Part shown: piece after piece, positions 1 to 12,429 of the stretch
Layout of the letters: the number at the start of each line of letters is the position of its first letter
How positions within the stretch are numbered: the first letter of the stretch is position 1
Origin: Guillardia theta CCMP2712
Lineage: Eukaryota; Protista; Cryptophyta
DNA: 64,000 bases
Assembly (NCBI RefSeq): GCF_000315625.1
Contig: NW_005434593.1
Location: forward strand, 156,259-220,258
Direction of reading: 5' to 3'
Made by a program: the position numbers and the translations under genes
Notes under the pieces: generated by a model
What the model saw: the letters and a program-made list of their open reading frames with translations, nothing else
Databases searched by the model: none
Told to the model about the DNA's origin: nothing

Positions 1-335
1 CGAGTAACAGAGGAAAGCGCACGGGCATTCCGAATCAATCTCCGCAGTATGAGGCTGCTGGAAAGCCGCTGTCCATGAAGCCTTCTGGTGGACAAGGACC
101 CCCATGGGCGGCCACCGATGCTGACTCTTGGGCCCCCCCATCAAACGCTTATGGTGCTGGTGTTTTGATGCCGCCGAAGGGCGCCGAACTCCACGTTCCA
201 TATGATCATGCGCCATACTATGCGCAGCCTCTGCCAGATGAGGTAGACTACCCGGAGATCGACTACCATGAGCCAGCTCCAAGACCGATGGATGCTTACA
301 AGTACCGAGGAGCTGCCCCCTGGGCACAGGTCTGA
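1..335 (+). CDS. 3' end of a Pro/Tyr-rich hypothetical protein (gene starts left of window)
   Basis: Open frame ending ...YKYRGAAPWAQV-TGA at 335, coding-like composition, no recognisable domain. Confidence 0.4.
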   Translation, partial: SNRGKRTGIPNQSPQYEAAGKPLSMKPSGGQGPPWAATDADSWAPPSNAYGAGVLMPPKGAELHVPYDHAPYYAQPLPDEVDYPEIDYHEPAPRPMDAYKYRGAAPWAQV

Positions 336-979
336 AATTCAATCTTGATGATAGCGCGACGGTTGGGAATCTTATTGCCTTCTCTCGCAGGACGAGGAGG
401 AGCCCATGGTCTCTGTGTCCAAATCTTCCTTCGCTGCCCCCAAGTCTGTGAATCAGCCTTCTCAGATTCACCAGTCCTCCAACCACATAGACAACGCGAC
501 TGCTCAGCGAGTTACTGCCGAAACGAGACTTGCTGCAAAAGCCATCCGAGCTAGGATGCAGGTACTTGCTTGTGTGCCTTGTGTGGAAAATAGTTCTGAT
601 TCTGTTGGCAGGGCGCAGGCAACGTTCTTACTTGGGCCCAGTAAGAACAGGAGTTTGAATTTTGCATTTCACGCCGATGTCGTGTTTTGACCTCTGTACA
701 TCTACTCCTTGACACATCGATTTGCTGTAATTGTAGAGTTGCCACTATAGAACTCCAGGATCACTTGTAGTTTTATTTTATCAATTCGAAATGATTAAAT
801 TGACTGACGCTTTAAGATGACATCCTCCACTTCATGTGCGCCACGATGTGACAACACTAGCTTTCACCTTGATGCCAACTTCTACTGCAGCCTCCATCTC
901 TCCCATCGTCGACGATGATCACTATTGCGGACAACAACATAATCAAATGACCTGAATCTGTGAGGGCAACTTGAAAGCG

Positions 980-2116
980 TCAGCCAAAGATCCTTTCCAA
1001 GCTTCGATTCCTTTCCCTTTCAATCTGTAGTTCACTCTTCGCATGCTCGAGTCTGCGATGCAAGTCTGCTCTTCCAAGTTCAGAGCGAGCAATCTTTGCT
1101 TGCAGAGCCTCTATCGATTCTTGAGCGATTCTCAGCTGTTCGCACTTCTCCGCTATCAGGTCCATCTCTTTCAGCGACCATAGCCCGGGGCTGGGGTCCT
1201 TGAAGGAATCATCGCAGTCGCTATGAGACAACTCGCTCAAAGAGTCTGGATCTACCATGCTCAAAGACTTGTTAGCCGTGCCTGCCGACGACCTGGTTGC
1301 CGTCATGTGTCCTGATGCCCTGCTCGAGCTGTCTGTGCTCAATTCCTCCTGGATCTGTGCAATCAACCCCAAGACTTCTCGTTCACGATTCTCGTCTGCT
1401 CGTTCCTTTGAGAGAAGGATCGGTGACATCGTGACTCCTTGGAGAGTTTGTTTCCTGCTCTCAAGAGCTTTCCTGCTCAGAGATTTCTGAGCAGTAGGAT
1501 GGAGCTGAGAGTGATCAACATGCAAGTCTTCTAAGGTTTGTTCGATCTTCGTTACTTGTGATACATCGATCCCATGAATGTGTCTTGACGTGATGTACGT
1601 CATTCGAAGGGTTGATTCATCATTCTTCTTTGCATCGATGCTTCTGTCACCAAAGTTCGATTCTGACAAGATAATATCATACTGTGATTGATCCAGAGCA
1701 TTTAGAAATCCAACGTATTTCTTCAAAGTGTCGCGGAGGATTTTGACTTCATCTTCCACGACGTAGAGATTTTCGCTCATCTCTGTCAAATATGCCTCTA
1801 GTTCCTTGTTTCTCTCTTTCAGCCTCAGATTTTCTGTCTTCACATCATCGTGAGAATGTTCAGGCGAATTTGAATGAAAATTTTCGTCGAGGTCCATCTT
1901 CCTGCCTTTTTGAGATGGAAACAACCTATCTTGATATGTTCTGCTCTCAAAATGTAGCTCCAACCATCGAGTGAAGCAAGACTGCATCAGCTCCACCCGC
2001 TCGACTCTTGGCAGCATCGACCATCGTCGCATGCACCTTTTCTTGATGGAAACAGCTTCGCATGCCGAAGACTCCTCGGCGATCCTTGATCGCAGGGGCT
2101 CAGCCATTCCCCTCAT
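980..2116 (-). CDS. Coiled-coil hypothetical protein
   Basis: 378-aa ORF with heptad-rich segments (ENLRLKERNKELEAYL..., EQLRIAQESIEALQAKI...); termini uncertain. Confidence 0.6.
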   Translation of the reverse strand: MRGMAEPLRSRIAEESSACEAVSIKKRCMRRWSMLPRVERVELMQSCFTRWLELHFESRTYQDRLFPSQKGRKMDLDENFHSNSPEHSHDDVKTENLRLKERNKELEAYLTEMSENLYVVEDEVKILRDTLKKYVGFLNALDQSQYDIILSESNFGDRSIDAKKNDESTLRMTYITSRHIHGIDVSQVTKIEQTLEDLHVDHSQLHPTAQKSLSRKALESRKQTLQGVTMSPILLSKERADENREREVLGLIAQIQEELSTDSSSRASGHMTATRSSAGTANKSLSMVDPDSLSELSHSDCDDSFKDPSPGLWSLKEMDLIAEKCEQLRIAQESIEALQAKIARSELGRADLHRRLEHAKSELQIERERNRSLERIFG

Positions 2117-2661
2117 CTGCAGAAGATCTAGGAGGAGATCCTAACTTTCTCCCTCCCTCTCTCGCGTCTGCTCAGCTTCTGCCGCCATCGCCATCGCCCG
2201 CGTGCCGCTCCCGCCCCTCCATGTTCACCGCCACCGGTAGTCTCAATTGAATCTTCACTCAACTTTTTGTTGTACGGAATTATCCGGATGCTACAGTGTG
2301 GTAGAAGCCGCACATGTCGGCAGACCAGAGGATCAACGGCCAAACTTCTGGCCAAACTTGATCGCCCGGTGATCATCGGATGAGCGGATCGCCCGATCGT
2401 CACAAGCACAAGAGCAGACGAAACTTGTCAATATCAGTGAGGCTATTAGACTAGGTTCAAGTAGCTATGTATTTCAATACCGCACGTAATGATATTCTAA
2501 TATTCACCAGGCTATTCCTTCATGTTTACAACCAGACGGGAGAAACGTTTCAATCTGGTCAACCCTCGTTCGAAGGCTTCACATTCTCTGGCGATAAGGA
2601 CCGGACGCACCAGAGAGGCTTACCGCTTCCCCTTGTGAAACACCTGCAGGATCATCCCGAA

Positions 2662-2819
2662 GAATACTTTCTCCTCGTAGGAAGACCGTACAGTTCAGGC
2701 TGGCGACCCACGGTCCATCGCGGTAGAAGTATCTGATCGAGTGTGCTCACGTCTGCACATCCGACTCATGTCACTGAAGTTGTGATGCATCGGAGGAGCA
2801 GGAGGAGGAGGAGGCGAAG

Positions 2820-2851
<32 letters not shown>

Positions 2852-3090
2852 AGGGGGAGAGGAAGAGGGGGAGGGGTAGGGGGGAGAGGGAGAGGGAGAG
2901 GAGGAGGGGGAGGAGGAGGAGGAGGTCACTTCAACTTGCGACAAGTAATCTCCTGTCTCGAGCAATACCGTGATTGTTCCATTCATCCGGGAAGTCAGCA
3001 ATTGAGGGAGGACGTGGATAGAGCGTCGATCCCATTCATTATCAGACTGCAACTGAGCAGAGCTTCTTGCTCCTCTGCCTCTGCCCCTGT

Positions 3091-3123
<33 letters not shown>

Positions 3124-6100
3124 ATCGTCATCGTCATCGTCATCGTCTTCGTCTTCTTCTGAAGCCTCGACTGCCCTGCGCTCCTGCCTTCAAAGATCCA
3201 TCCCTTCTCCGGTCCAAAGCAAGGCAAAGGTAACCTGCTGTCCTGCCTCCAGCTCTCTCCGAGGACGCGCGCTGGCAAAGGGCATATCCAGCTCGATGCC
3301 AACGATACTGATCACTCGGTAGACGTCGACGAGGCAAGGGAAGGTCCTGTCCATGCTGGTAGTCGAACTGATGCTGGATCGGGAGCAGCCATGGCTAGCA
3401 GAGGAAGAATCCATGAGTAGATACTCCTACGCACCTTCCGTGGAGGGAGAGCCGTCGAGGTCTCAGCCAGGGCTCAGGACACTGGCCGGCAGGAGAGATC
3501 TCCATCACTGTGGTACCCCTCCGTCAAGACAGAGTTCAGCAGAAATTTAAACATCAACATTTGATCTCTTGACTTTCTTGTGCCAAATCCTCTCTATTGC
3601 GGAAGATGCTTTTTGAGACGGGATCCACAACACAACACAAAGTCCAGTCGCTCATTGTTTTGCCTGCCTGATGATATTCATCTCTCTAGGGCTGCAAACT
3701 CTCCAAGGATCTGATCCAAACAGATGGCTCCTGGAATCTGTCTGCATATCAACAACAAAACCATCTCCACTCCGCTTCACCTCGTCTTTAATTGGATTTA
3801 GCTGAAGTTTGTTTTCCTCTACCTCTTGTGAACTTGCCACAACTCCAATCAAAGGAGCTTTGTCCCGTGTTTGCTCTTGTAACCCGGAGTCCGGCAATGA
3901 AGCCATTCTTCTTCTGGCTTGACTCCTGTTTCTGTTGTACTTGCTGCTGCAAACTGCTTTCCATCTGATTCTGTAATCGCCACGGTTACCCATGCTGTTG
4001 TAACAACAGGACATGCAAGAGTGCTTGCCTCAATTCGTAGTTGTAAGCCTGAGACCTGTTGATATTGTAATAGGGGTCGACTTCCTCATCTTCATGCTGA
4101 GCTGTATCTGTCTCATTCCATTCAAACATGCAAGAACCTGCTTCGGATTCGATCTCATTTGCTCTTGCATCTTTTCCATATTTATCCGTGATGCTGTTGT
4201 TGCTCCTCCAAGTTAGGGTCAAGAGAGATTCTTGCGATGTCTTCGCCTTTGTCTTTTCACTCTTGAAAGATTCAGGAGCTGATCTGAAGTCTTGGATGGA
4301 TCTCTCAGAGGAAGTTTGTTACCATGTATGTGAACGCGTGTACCAAACCTTTCATCTGCCAAGACTGAGTGAATCTGCCTTGGGATCGAAGACATTTCAT
4401 GGTCTTCCCAACATGACTTGTGGCTCCCCATGCTCGCATCACTGAAATCATGGCTCGCAGACAGCAAGAGCGTTGTCTGCAGAAGTGAGTTGCAAAGTCG
4501 ATGTGATAACAGAACAGTGATGCTCCTGCGACAAGAGCACAAGAGACTTGGAGGGCAAAAGAGACTTGGAGGAATCGGCTATGTTCTGATCTTTTACAGT
4601 TTATTGCACAAAACCATCGCAACACAACAGCAAACAAAGATGGAGATGTCATAAACACAAACACAACTCTACACATCTCTTCCAGCCCCGCCCCCCCCCC
4701 GGCCCCCCCGGTTTCCACCCTCAGCGGACGCTCTCTTTCCTCGACAGCTGGGACCCACCCGAAGGCTTCATGGCTTACCGCTTCCCCTTGTGAAACACCT
4801 GCAGGATCATCCCGAAGATCAGCTGCAGCCCCAGCGCGTACCCCGCGAGGATGCTCAGGTCCTTGTACACCGGCTTGTCGCTCATGTCGTAGAAGTCCAA
4901 GACCGCCTTCCCGTCACTGTACTGCAGGCTGTTGAAATGCTTGATGGGCTCGAACTCGTTCACCATGAACACCCGGAACGAGTAGGTGTGGAACGCGATG
5001 TAGTAGCCCCAGATGAAGTAGTCCGGGATGTCGGACTTGATCTTCATGAAGCCCTCGCACAGCATGAAGAAGCCGTACACCGCCGCCCCCAGCGCGATGC
5101 CGATGATGTAGTGCGGCACCACCGACGCCACCACGCACATGAAGGCCTCGGCGGCGACGAGGGAGAGGAAGAGGTCGGCCAGGAAGATGCCGAAGCCGTT
5201 GAGGCCCGACGGGAGCACGACCAGGGCCGTGCTGATGAGCGAGATGATGAAGAGCCCCGGCAGCGACATGAGGAACGTCGCCAGCACGTAGGAGGGGACC
5301 ATGTACCAGCCGTTGGCTCGCTCTCGCAGAAACACCGCTCGCTCCAGGATGAAGAAGGGCAGCACGGCAACCGACATGAAGACCAGGAACGCAGCCACGT
5401 AGAAGAGCATGGTGATGCGGCTGTTGATGTCCGAGGCCTCGATGCCCAGCTTCCAGAACATGAACCCGATCATCGCGCACAGCATGACGTACATGATGAG
5501 GCGGACGAGGAAGATGCCGGGGTTGCGAGCGTTGTTGAAGAAGGCGCGATGAGACAAGGTGAGCAGCTGCGACCAGAAGCCGTTGGCCGTGCCTGCCACC
5601 AGCACCTCGTGCTCGATCGGCTGGCCGATGGCGGCGATGAGCGACATGCCCTCGGGCTGGCTGGTGAAGGCGGAGGCGAGCGCGCGGACGTCGGCATGGC
5701 CTTCGAAGTCGGTGTTGGCGAGGCGGAGGAAGAAGTCAGCGGGGTTGGAGAGGGAGGGACAAGGGTGCCCCAGCCTGCCGAAGTACTCCACCGAGTCTCT
5801 GGCGGATCCGAAGTAGAGGCACTTGCCCTCGGACAGGAGGCAGAACTTGTCGAAGCTCGCCCAGACCTCCGAGGGCGGCTGGTGGATGGTGCAGACGACG
5901 GTGGTGCCGAGCTTGGCGAGGTAGGAGAGGTGCTTCATGATGTTCTCTGCAGCCGCCGAGTCGAGGCCTGACGTGGGCTCGTCGAGGAGGAGGATGGAGG
6001 GGCTCCGCACGAGCTCGACCGCGATGGAGAGGCGGCGGAGCTGACCGCCGCTGAGGCCCTTCCTGAAGACATCGCCGACGATGGTGTTGCTGCACGAGTC

Positions 6101-6580
6101 GAGGCCGAGGACGTGGATGACGCTGTCGGCGTAAGCCCGGCGCTCGTGCTGGGAGCACTGGGAGTGAGGGATGAGGAGGTCGGCGGCGTAGTACATGGTC
6201 TCGCGGACGGTGAAGGGGGTCTGGAGGGCGTACTCCTGCTGGACGTAGGAGGCGATGGAGCTGAAGGCCTGGTTGCGACGATCTCCGTTGACCAAGACTT
6301 CGCCCTTGAGCGTGCGGCCCTTCTTGGAGCCGTCGATCCTGCCGGCGATGGCGTCGAGGAGGGTGGTCTTGCCTCCGCCGGAGGGGCCGCAGATGGCGAG
6401 CATCTCGCCGGGCCGGACGATGCCGGAGATGTTGTCGAGGATGCGCTTGGTGACGAGCTCGGACTTGTTGGAGGAAGGGCTGGTGCGGCGGACGCGGACG
6501 TCGTAGGTGATGCCGGTCCATGCGATGGTGGCAGGGCGGACCTTGAGGGAGAGCTTTCCGGAGGAGGAGGAGGGGGAGGA
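2662..6580. repeat. Left arm of a ~3.9 kb inverted segmental duplication
   Basis: GAATACTTTCTCCTCGTAGG... at 2662 is the reverse complement of ...CCTACGAGGAGAAAGTATTC ending at 12429; ORF-track entries are mirrored throughout. Confidence 0.97.
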
Positions 6581-6778
6581 CTCTGCTTCACTGAAAGAGG
6601 GAATCGGTCAACATCGAAGTAGATCCATGGAACGTCATGAGAAGAGGGAAAGAGCTTACGTTGGGCTCGACCACGTGTCTTGTGAAGTTATTGCAGCAGG
6701 GGGCACCTGAACATTGCTGTCCGTGCCAAAGACGAGATCCGCGGGCTCCATGGGAACAACGTACTGCGTTCTTTGCAT
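4775..6778 (-). CDS. ABCG (White-family) half transporter, copy A; exons 6778-6660 and 6590-4775
   Basis: Walker A GPSGGGKT, signature LSGGQ, Walker B LLLDEPTSGLD, CTIHQP, NBD-then-TMD order. Exon 1 (MQRTQYVVPMEPADL...) splices in frame through a 69-bp GT-AG intron. Confidence 0.95.
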
Positions 6779-8225
6779 ATTTTTTCAAGATGTCTGGTGC
6801 CGTTGTCAGTTTGTTGTGTATGTGCTGGCTTCACCAACAGATGAATGGTCGAGATGTGAGGGGAGCGGAGGAGGACGTGAAGAAAGAGAGATGTAGAGGA
6901 CTGAGCGTAAGGAAGCAGGTCTTCCGACTCCTCTTATATAGTGGCAAGCCTTCTCATTTCCGTACCCGTCGCTTGACTTGCTCGCATTTCAGCAGGGGTA
7001 GGGTGACTACCCAACCAAGGAGTTCCAGGTGAACAGTAGGGGTCCGCAGAGCCACACGTATCATTGAGGTAGGGGAGGGTGGCAGGGGTCCAACGAATAA
7101 CTGTCTGAGACCCAAAAGTTGACTTTTTTTTTAGTGCCGGGACCCCTCCCCCGCAGTCACTTACTGGCAACGTCCGCTCCTGTCAAGTGACTCGACTTTG
7201 ATGAGTAAATCTTGCCGGTACAGAAGAGCTGGGCGGAGAACCCGGGAGATCTCGCGACCATCCACCCCTTTGAGTGCCGCAGTGTCCCTGAGGGGGGGGA
7301 AGGGGGGGGTGGTTGTGGGGGGATCGGTGGGTACTTCAGATTGAGGGTCTGCTGCCGTTTGACTGGTGCCGTACTCGATGCCACGGCAAAGTGAAACGAC
7401 CCCGGACCCCCGGAATGACTACCCACCGTCACCATATCAACAACCCTGTCCACAAGGCTCAGATGTACCCCTTCCATAGTGTTTTCGACCTGTACTTACC
7501 CCCCCCCTCCCCTCACCCCCGATTCACCCCTTACGCCTATGATTCAAGTCAGCTACTGTCACAGACCGCATCGGTAACCCCTACCCCCCACGTACACCCC
7601 CACCACCCCCTCTTACTGCCAACTTTTGCACCTCGAGATGGCATCGAGCACGCCAAGTTTACCCAAGGACCCCCTGGGGTCAGACCACCCTGTCATTTTC
7701 TTAGCCCTACCCCTACATACTACCTAGAATCACCCCCATACTATCACCACGTAACAGACCCCCCCCACCCCCAGTGAGGAATTACTGTGGAGCTAACTTA
7801 CAACCATGAAAGTCACCTATAGATAATGTGCCTACAGCAACCCCCACCCCCTGGGAGGAAATTATACATATCCCTTCACCGGTACATTTACCTAGAATGG
7901 GACCGGTGTTGTACAGGTTTTGTGGGACCCCTACCCTTTTACCTGTAAAGGGCGAGATGAGTCCGGTCAATAAATCCCCTACCGCCTCCTCTTGTTTATC
8001 GACGTCCCTTCCCTTCCCCTCCCTTCCCCTCCCCTCCCCTCCCCTCCCCTCCCTTCCCTTCCCTTCCTTTCCTTTCCCTTCCCTTCCCTTTCCTTCCCCC
8101 TCCTTCTCAACGATACTCTTCCACACTCCCTCCTCCTGCCCCAACAGCGTTGCCCTAAAAGAAGCGACCAAGATCGAGCAGCAGCAATAGCACCTGCTAC
8201 CTGAACGCTGGACCCAACTCTCAGG

Positions 8226-10319
8226 ATGTCTGGAGAGCAAGACAAACAATATGTCATTCCCATGCAGCCCGCGGATCTCGTCTATGAAACGGACAGCAAT
8301 GTTCAGGTGCCCCCTGCAGGAATGATTTCACAAGACACGTGGTCGAGCCCAACGTAAGCTTCTTAACCATCTCCTTCTCAACGCTACTCCCACATATCAT
8401 ATGACAACCCTTCTGAGATTCCCCATGCCTGATCCCCCTATATACCTTCCTGATTTCCTGAATTTTCTTTGAAGTATTCGACCTGACGCTTACGTTGGTA
8501 TAGTAGGACGGACTCCTTCCCCTCCTCCTCCTCCGGAAAGCTCTCCCTCAAGGTCCGCCCTGCCACCATCGCATGGACCGGCATCACCTACGACGTCCGC
8601 GTCCGCCGCACCAGCCCCTCCTCCAACAAGTCCGAGCTCGTCACCAAGCGCATCCTCGATAACATCTCCGGCATCGTCCGGCCCGGCGAGATGCTCGCCA
8701 TCTGCGGCCCCTCCGGCGGAGGCAAGACCACCCTCCTCGACGCCATCGCCGGCAGGATCGACGGCTCCAAGAAGGGCCGCACGCTCAAGGGCGAAGTCTT
8801 GGTCAACGGAGATCGTCGCAACCAGGCCTTCAGCTCCATCGCCTCCTACGTCCAGCAGGAGTACGCCCTCCAGACCCCCTTCACCGTCCGCGAGACCATG
8901 TACTACGCCGCCGACCTCCTCATCCCTCACTCCCAGTGCTCCCAGCACGAGCGCCGGGCTTACGCCGACAGCGTCATCCACGTCCTCGGCCTCGACTCGT
9001 GCAGCAACACCATCGTCGGCGATGTCTTCAGGAAGGGCCTCAGCGGCGGTCAGCTCCGCCGCCTCTCCATCGCGGTCGAGCTCGTGCGGAGCCCCTCCAT
9101 CCTCCTCCTCGACGAGCCCACGTCAGGCCTCGACTCGGCGGCTGCAGAGAACATCATGAAGCACCTCTCCTACCTCGCCAAGCTCGGCACCACCGTCGTC
9201 TGCACCATCCACCAGCCGCCCTCGGAGGTCTGGGCGAGCTTCGACAAGTTCTGCCTCCTGTCCGAGGGCAAGTGCCTCTACTTCGGATCCGCCAGAGACT
9301 CGGTGGAGTACTTCGGCAGGCTGGGGCACCCTTGCCCCTCCCTCTCCAACCCCGCTGACTTCTTCCTCCGCCTCGCCAACACCGACTTCGAAGGCCATGC
9401 CGACGTCAGCGCGCTCGCCTCCGCCTTCACCAGCCAGCCCGAGGGCATGTCGCTCATCGCCGCCATCGGCCAGCCGATCGAGCACGAGGTGCTGGTGGCA
9501 GGCACGGCCAACGGCTTCTGGTCGCAGCTGCTCACCTTGTCTCATCGCGCCTTCTTCAACAACGCTCGCAACCCCGGCATCTTCCTCGTCCGCCTCATCA
9601 TGTACGTCATGCTGTGCGCGATGATCGGGTTCATGTTCTGGAAGCTGGGCATCGAGGCCTCGGACATCAACAGCCGCATCACCATGCTCTTCTACGTGGC
9701 TGCGTTCCTGGTCTTCATGTCGGTTGCCGTGCTGCCCTTCTTCATCCTGGAGCGAGCGGTGTTTCTGCGAGAGCGAGCCAACGGCTGGTACATGGTCCCC
9801 TCCTACGTGCTGGCGACGTTCCTCATGTCGCTGCCGGGGCTCTTCATCATCTCGCTCATCAGCACGGCCCTGGTCGTGCTCCCGTCGGGCCTCAACGGCT
9901 TCGGCATCTTCCTGGCCGACCTCTTCCTCTCCCTCGTCGCCGCCGAGGCCTTCATGTGCGTGGTGGCGTCGGTGGTGCCGCACTACATCATCGGCATCGC
10001 GCTGGGGGCGGCGGTGTACGGCTTCTTCATGCTGTGCGAGGGCTTCATGAAGATCAAGTCCGACATCCCGGACTACTTCATCTGGGGCTACTACATCGCG
10101 TTCCACACCTACTCGTTCCGGGTGTTCATGGTGAACGAGTTCGAGCCCATCAAGCATTTCAACAGCCTGCAGTACAGTGACGGGAAGGCGGTCTTGGACT
10201 TCTACGACATGAGCGACAAGCCGGTGTACAAGGACCTGAGCATCCTCGCGGGGTACGCGCTGGGGCTGCAGCTGATCTTCGGGATGATCCTGCAGGTGTT
10301 TCACAAGGGGAAGCGGTAA
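8226..10319 (+). CDS. ABCG (White-family) half transporter, copy B; exons 8226-8353 and 8507-10319
   Basis: Same motifs as copy A. Exon 1 (MSGEQDKQYVIPMQPADL...) splices in frame through a 153-bp GT-AG intron with a CTGAC branch site. Confidence 0.95.
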
Positions 10320-11969
10320 GCCATGAAGCCTTCGGGAGGGACCTGTCAGCTGTCGAGGAAAGAGAGCGTCCGCTGAGGATGGAAACCGGGGGGGCCGGGG
10401 GGGGGGGGGGGGGGGAAGAGATGTGTAGAGTTGTGTTTGTGTTTATGACATCTCCATCTTTGTTTGCTGTTGTGTTGCGATGGTTTTGTGCAATAAACTG
10501 TAAAAGATCAGAACATAGCCGATGCCTCCAAGTCTCTTGTGCCCTCCAAGTCTCTTGTGCTCTTGTCGCAGGAGGCTCACTCTTCTGTTATCACATCGAC
10601 TTTGCAACTCACTTCTGCAGACAACGCTCTTGCTGTCTGCGAGCCATGATTTCAGTGATGCGAGCATGGGGAGCCATAGGTCACGTAGGGAAGTCCATGA
10701 AATGTCTTCGATTCCAAGGCAGATTCACTTAGTCTTTGTAGATGAAAGGTTTGGTACACGCGTTCACATACATGGTAACAAACTTCCTCTGAGAGATCCA
10801 TCCAAGACTTCAGATCCTGAATCTTTCAAGAGTGAAAAGACAAAGGCGAAGACATCGCAAGTATCTCTCTTGACCCTAAATTGGAGGAGCAACAACGGCA
10901 TCAGGGATAAATATGGAAAAGATGCAAGAGCAAATGAGTTCGAATCCGAAGCAGGTTCTTGCATATCTGAATGGAATGAGACAGATACAGCCCATCATGA
11001 AGATGAGGAAGTCGACCCCTATTACAATATCAACAGGTCTCAGGCTTACAACTACGAATTGAGGCAAACACTCTTGCATGTCCTGTTGTTACAACAGCAT
11101 GGGTAACCGTGGCGATTACAGAATCAGATGGAAAGCAGTTTGCAGCAGCAAGTACAACAGAAACAGGAGTGAAGCCAGAAGAAGAATGGCTTCATTGCCG
11201 GACTCCGGGTTACAAGAGCAAACACGGCACCAAGCTCCTTTGATTGAAGTTGTGGCAAGTTCACAAGAGGTAGAGGAGAACAAACTGCAGCTAAATCCAA
11301 TTCAAGACGAGGTGAAGCGGAGTGGAGATGGTTTTGTTGTTGATATGCAGACAGATTCCAGGAGCCATCTGTTTGGATCAGATCCTTGGAGAGTTTGCAG
11401 CCCTAGAGAGATGAATATCATCAGGCAGGCAAAACAATGAGCGACTGGACTTTGTGTTGTGTTGTGGATCCCGTCTCAAAAAGCATCTTCCGCAATAGAG
11501 AGGATTTGGCACAAGAAAGTCAAGAGATCAGATGTTGATGTATAAAGTTTCTGCTGAACTCTGTCTTGACGGAGGGGTACCACAGTGATGGAGATCTCTC
11601 CTGCCGGCCAGTGCCCTGAGCCCTGGCTGAGACCTCGACGGCTCTCTCTCCACAGAAGGTGCGTAGGAGTATCTAATCATGGATTCTTCTTCTGCTAGCC
11701 ATGGCTGCTCCCGACCCAGCATCAGTTCGACTACCAGCATGGACAGGACCTTCCCTTGCCTCGTCGACGTCTACCGAGTGATCAGTATCGTTGGCATCGA
11801 GCTGGATATGCCCGTTGCCAGCGCGCGTCCTCGGAGAGAGCTGGAGGCAGGACAGCAGGTTACCTTTGCCTTGCTTTGGACCGGAGAAGGGATGGATCTT
11901 TGAAGGCAGGAGCGCAGGGCAGTCGAGGCTTCAGAAGAAGACGAAGACGATGACGATGACGATGACGAT

Positions 11970-12002
<33 letters not shown>

Positions 12003-12239
12003 ACAGGGGCAGAGGCAGAGGAGCAAGAAGCTCTGCTCAGTTGCAGTCTGATAATGAATGGGATCGACGCTCTATCCACGTCCTCCCTCAATTGCTGACT
12101 TCCCGGATGAATGGAACAATCACGGTATTGCTCGAGACAGGAGATTACTTGTCGCAAGTTGAAGTGACCTCCTCCTCCCTCTCCCCCCTACCCCTCCCCC
12201 TCTTCCTCTCCCCCTTCCTCCTCCTCTTCCTCCTCCTCT

Positions 12240-12271
<32 letters not shown>

Positions 12272-12429
12272 CTTCGCCTCCTCCTCCTCCTGCTCCTCCG
12301 ATGCATCACAACTTCAGTGACATGAGTCGGATGTGCAGACGTGAGCACACTCGATCAGATACTTCTACCGCGATGGACCGTGGGTCGCCAGCCTGAACTG
12401 TACGGTCTTCCTACGAGGAGAAAGTATTC
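8514..12429. repeat. Right arm of the inverted segmental duplication
   Basis: Reverse complement of 2662-6580 with scattered SNPs and small indels. Confidence 0.97.
11560..12160 (+). pseudogene. Degenerate coding remnant with an acidic tract (mirrored at ~2936-3540 on the - strand)
   Basis: Frame ...GEGMDL*RQERRAVEASEEDEDDDD...SLNC*LPG* has in-frame stops in both arm copies. Confidence 0.3.

Noticed and set aside
4790-6622. Long alternative-frame ORFs (393, 261, 218, 188 aa) overlapping ABCG, mirrored in copy B
   Set aside because: Shadow ORFs caused by extreme GC3 codon bias; no independent domain signal
11900-11903. In-frame TGA in the duplicated acidic ORF as a second Sec codon
   Set aside because: No redox motif, further stops follow, and no SECIS seen
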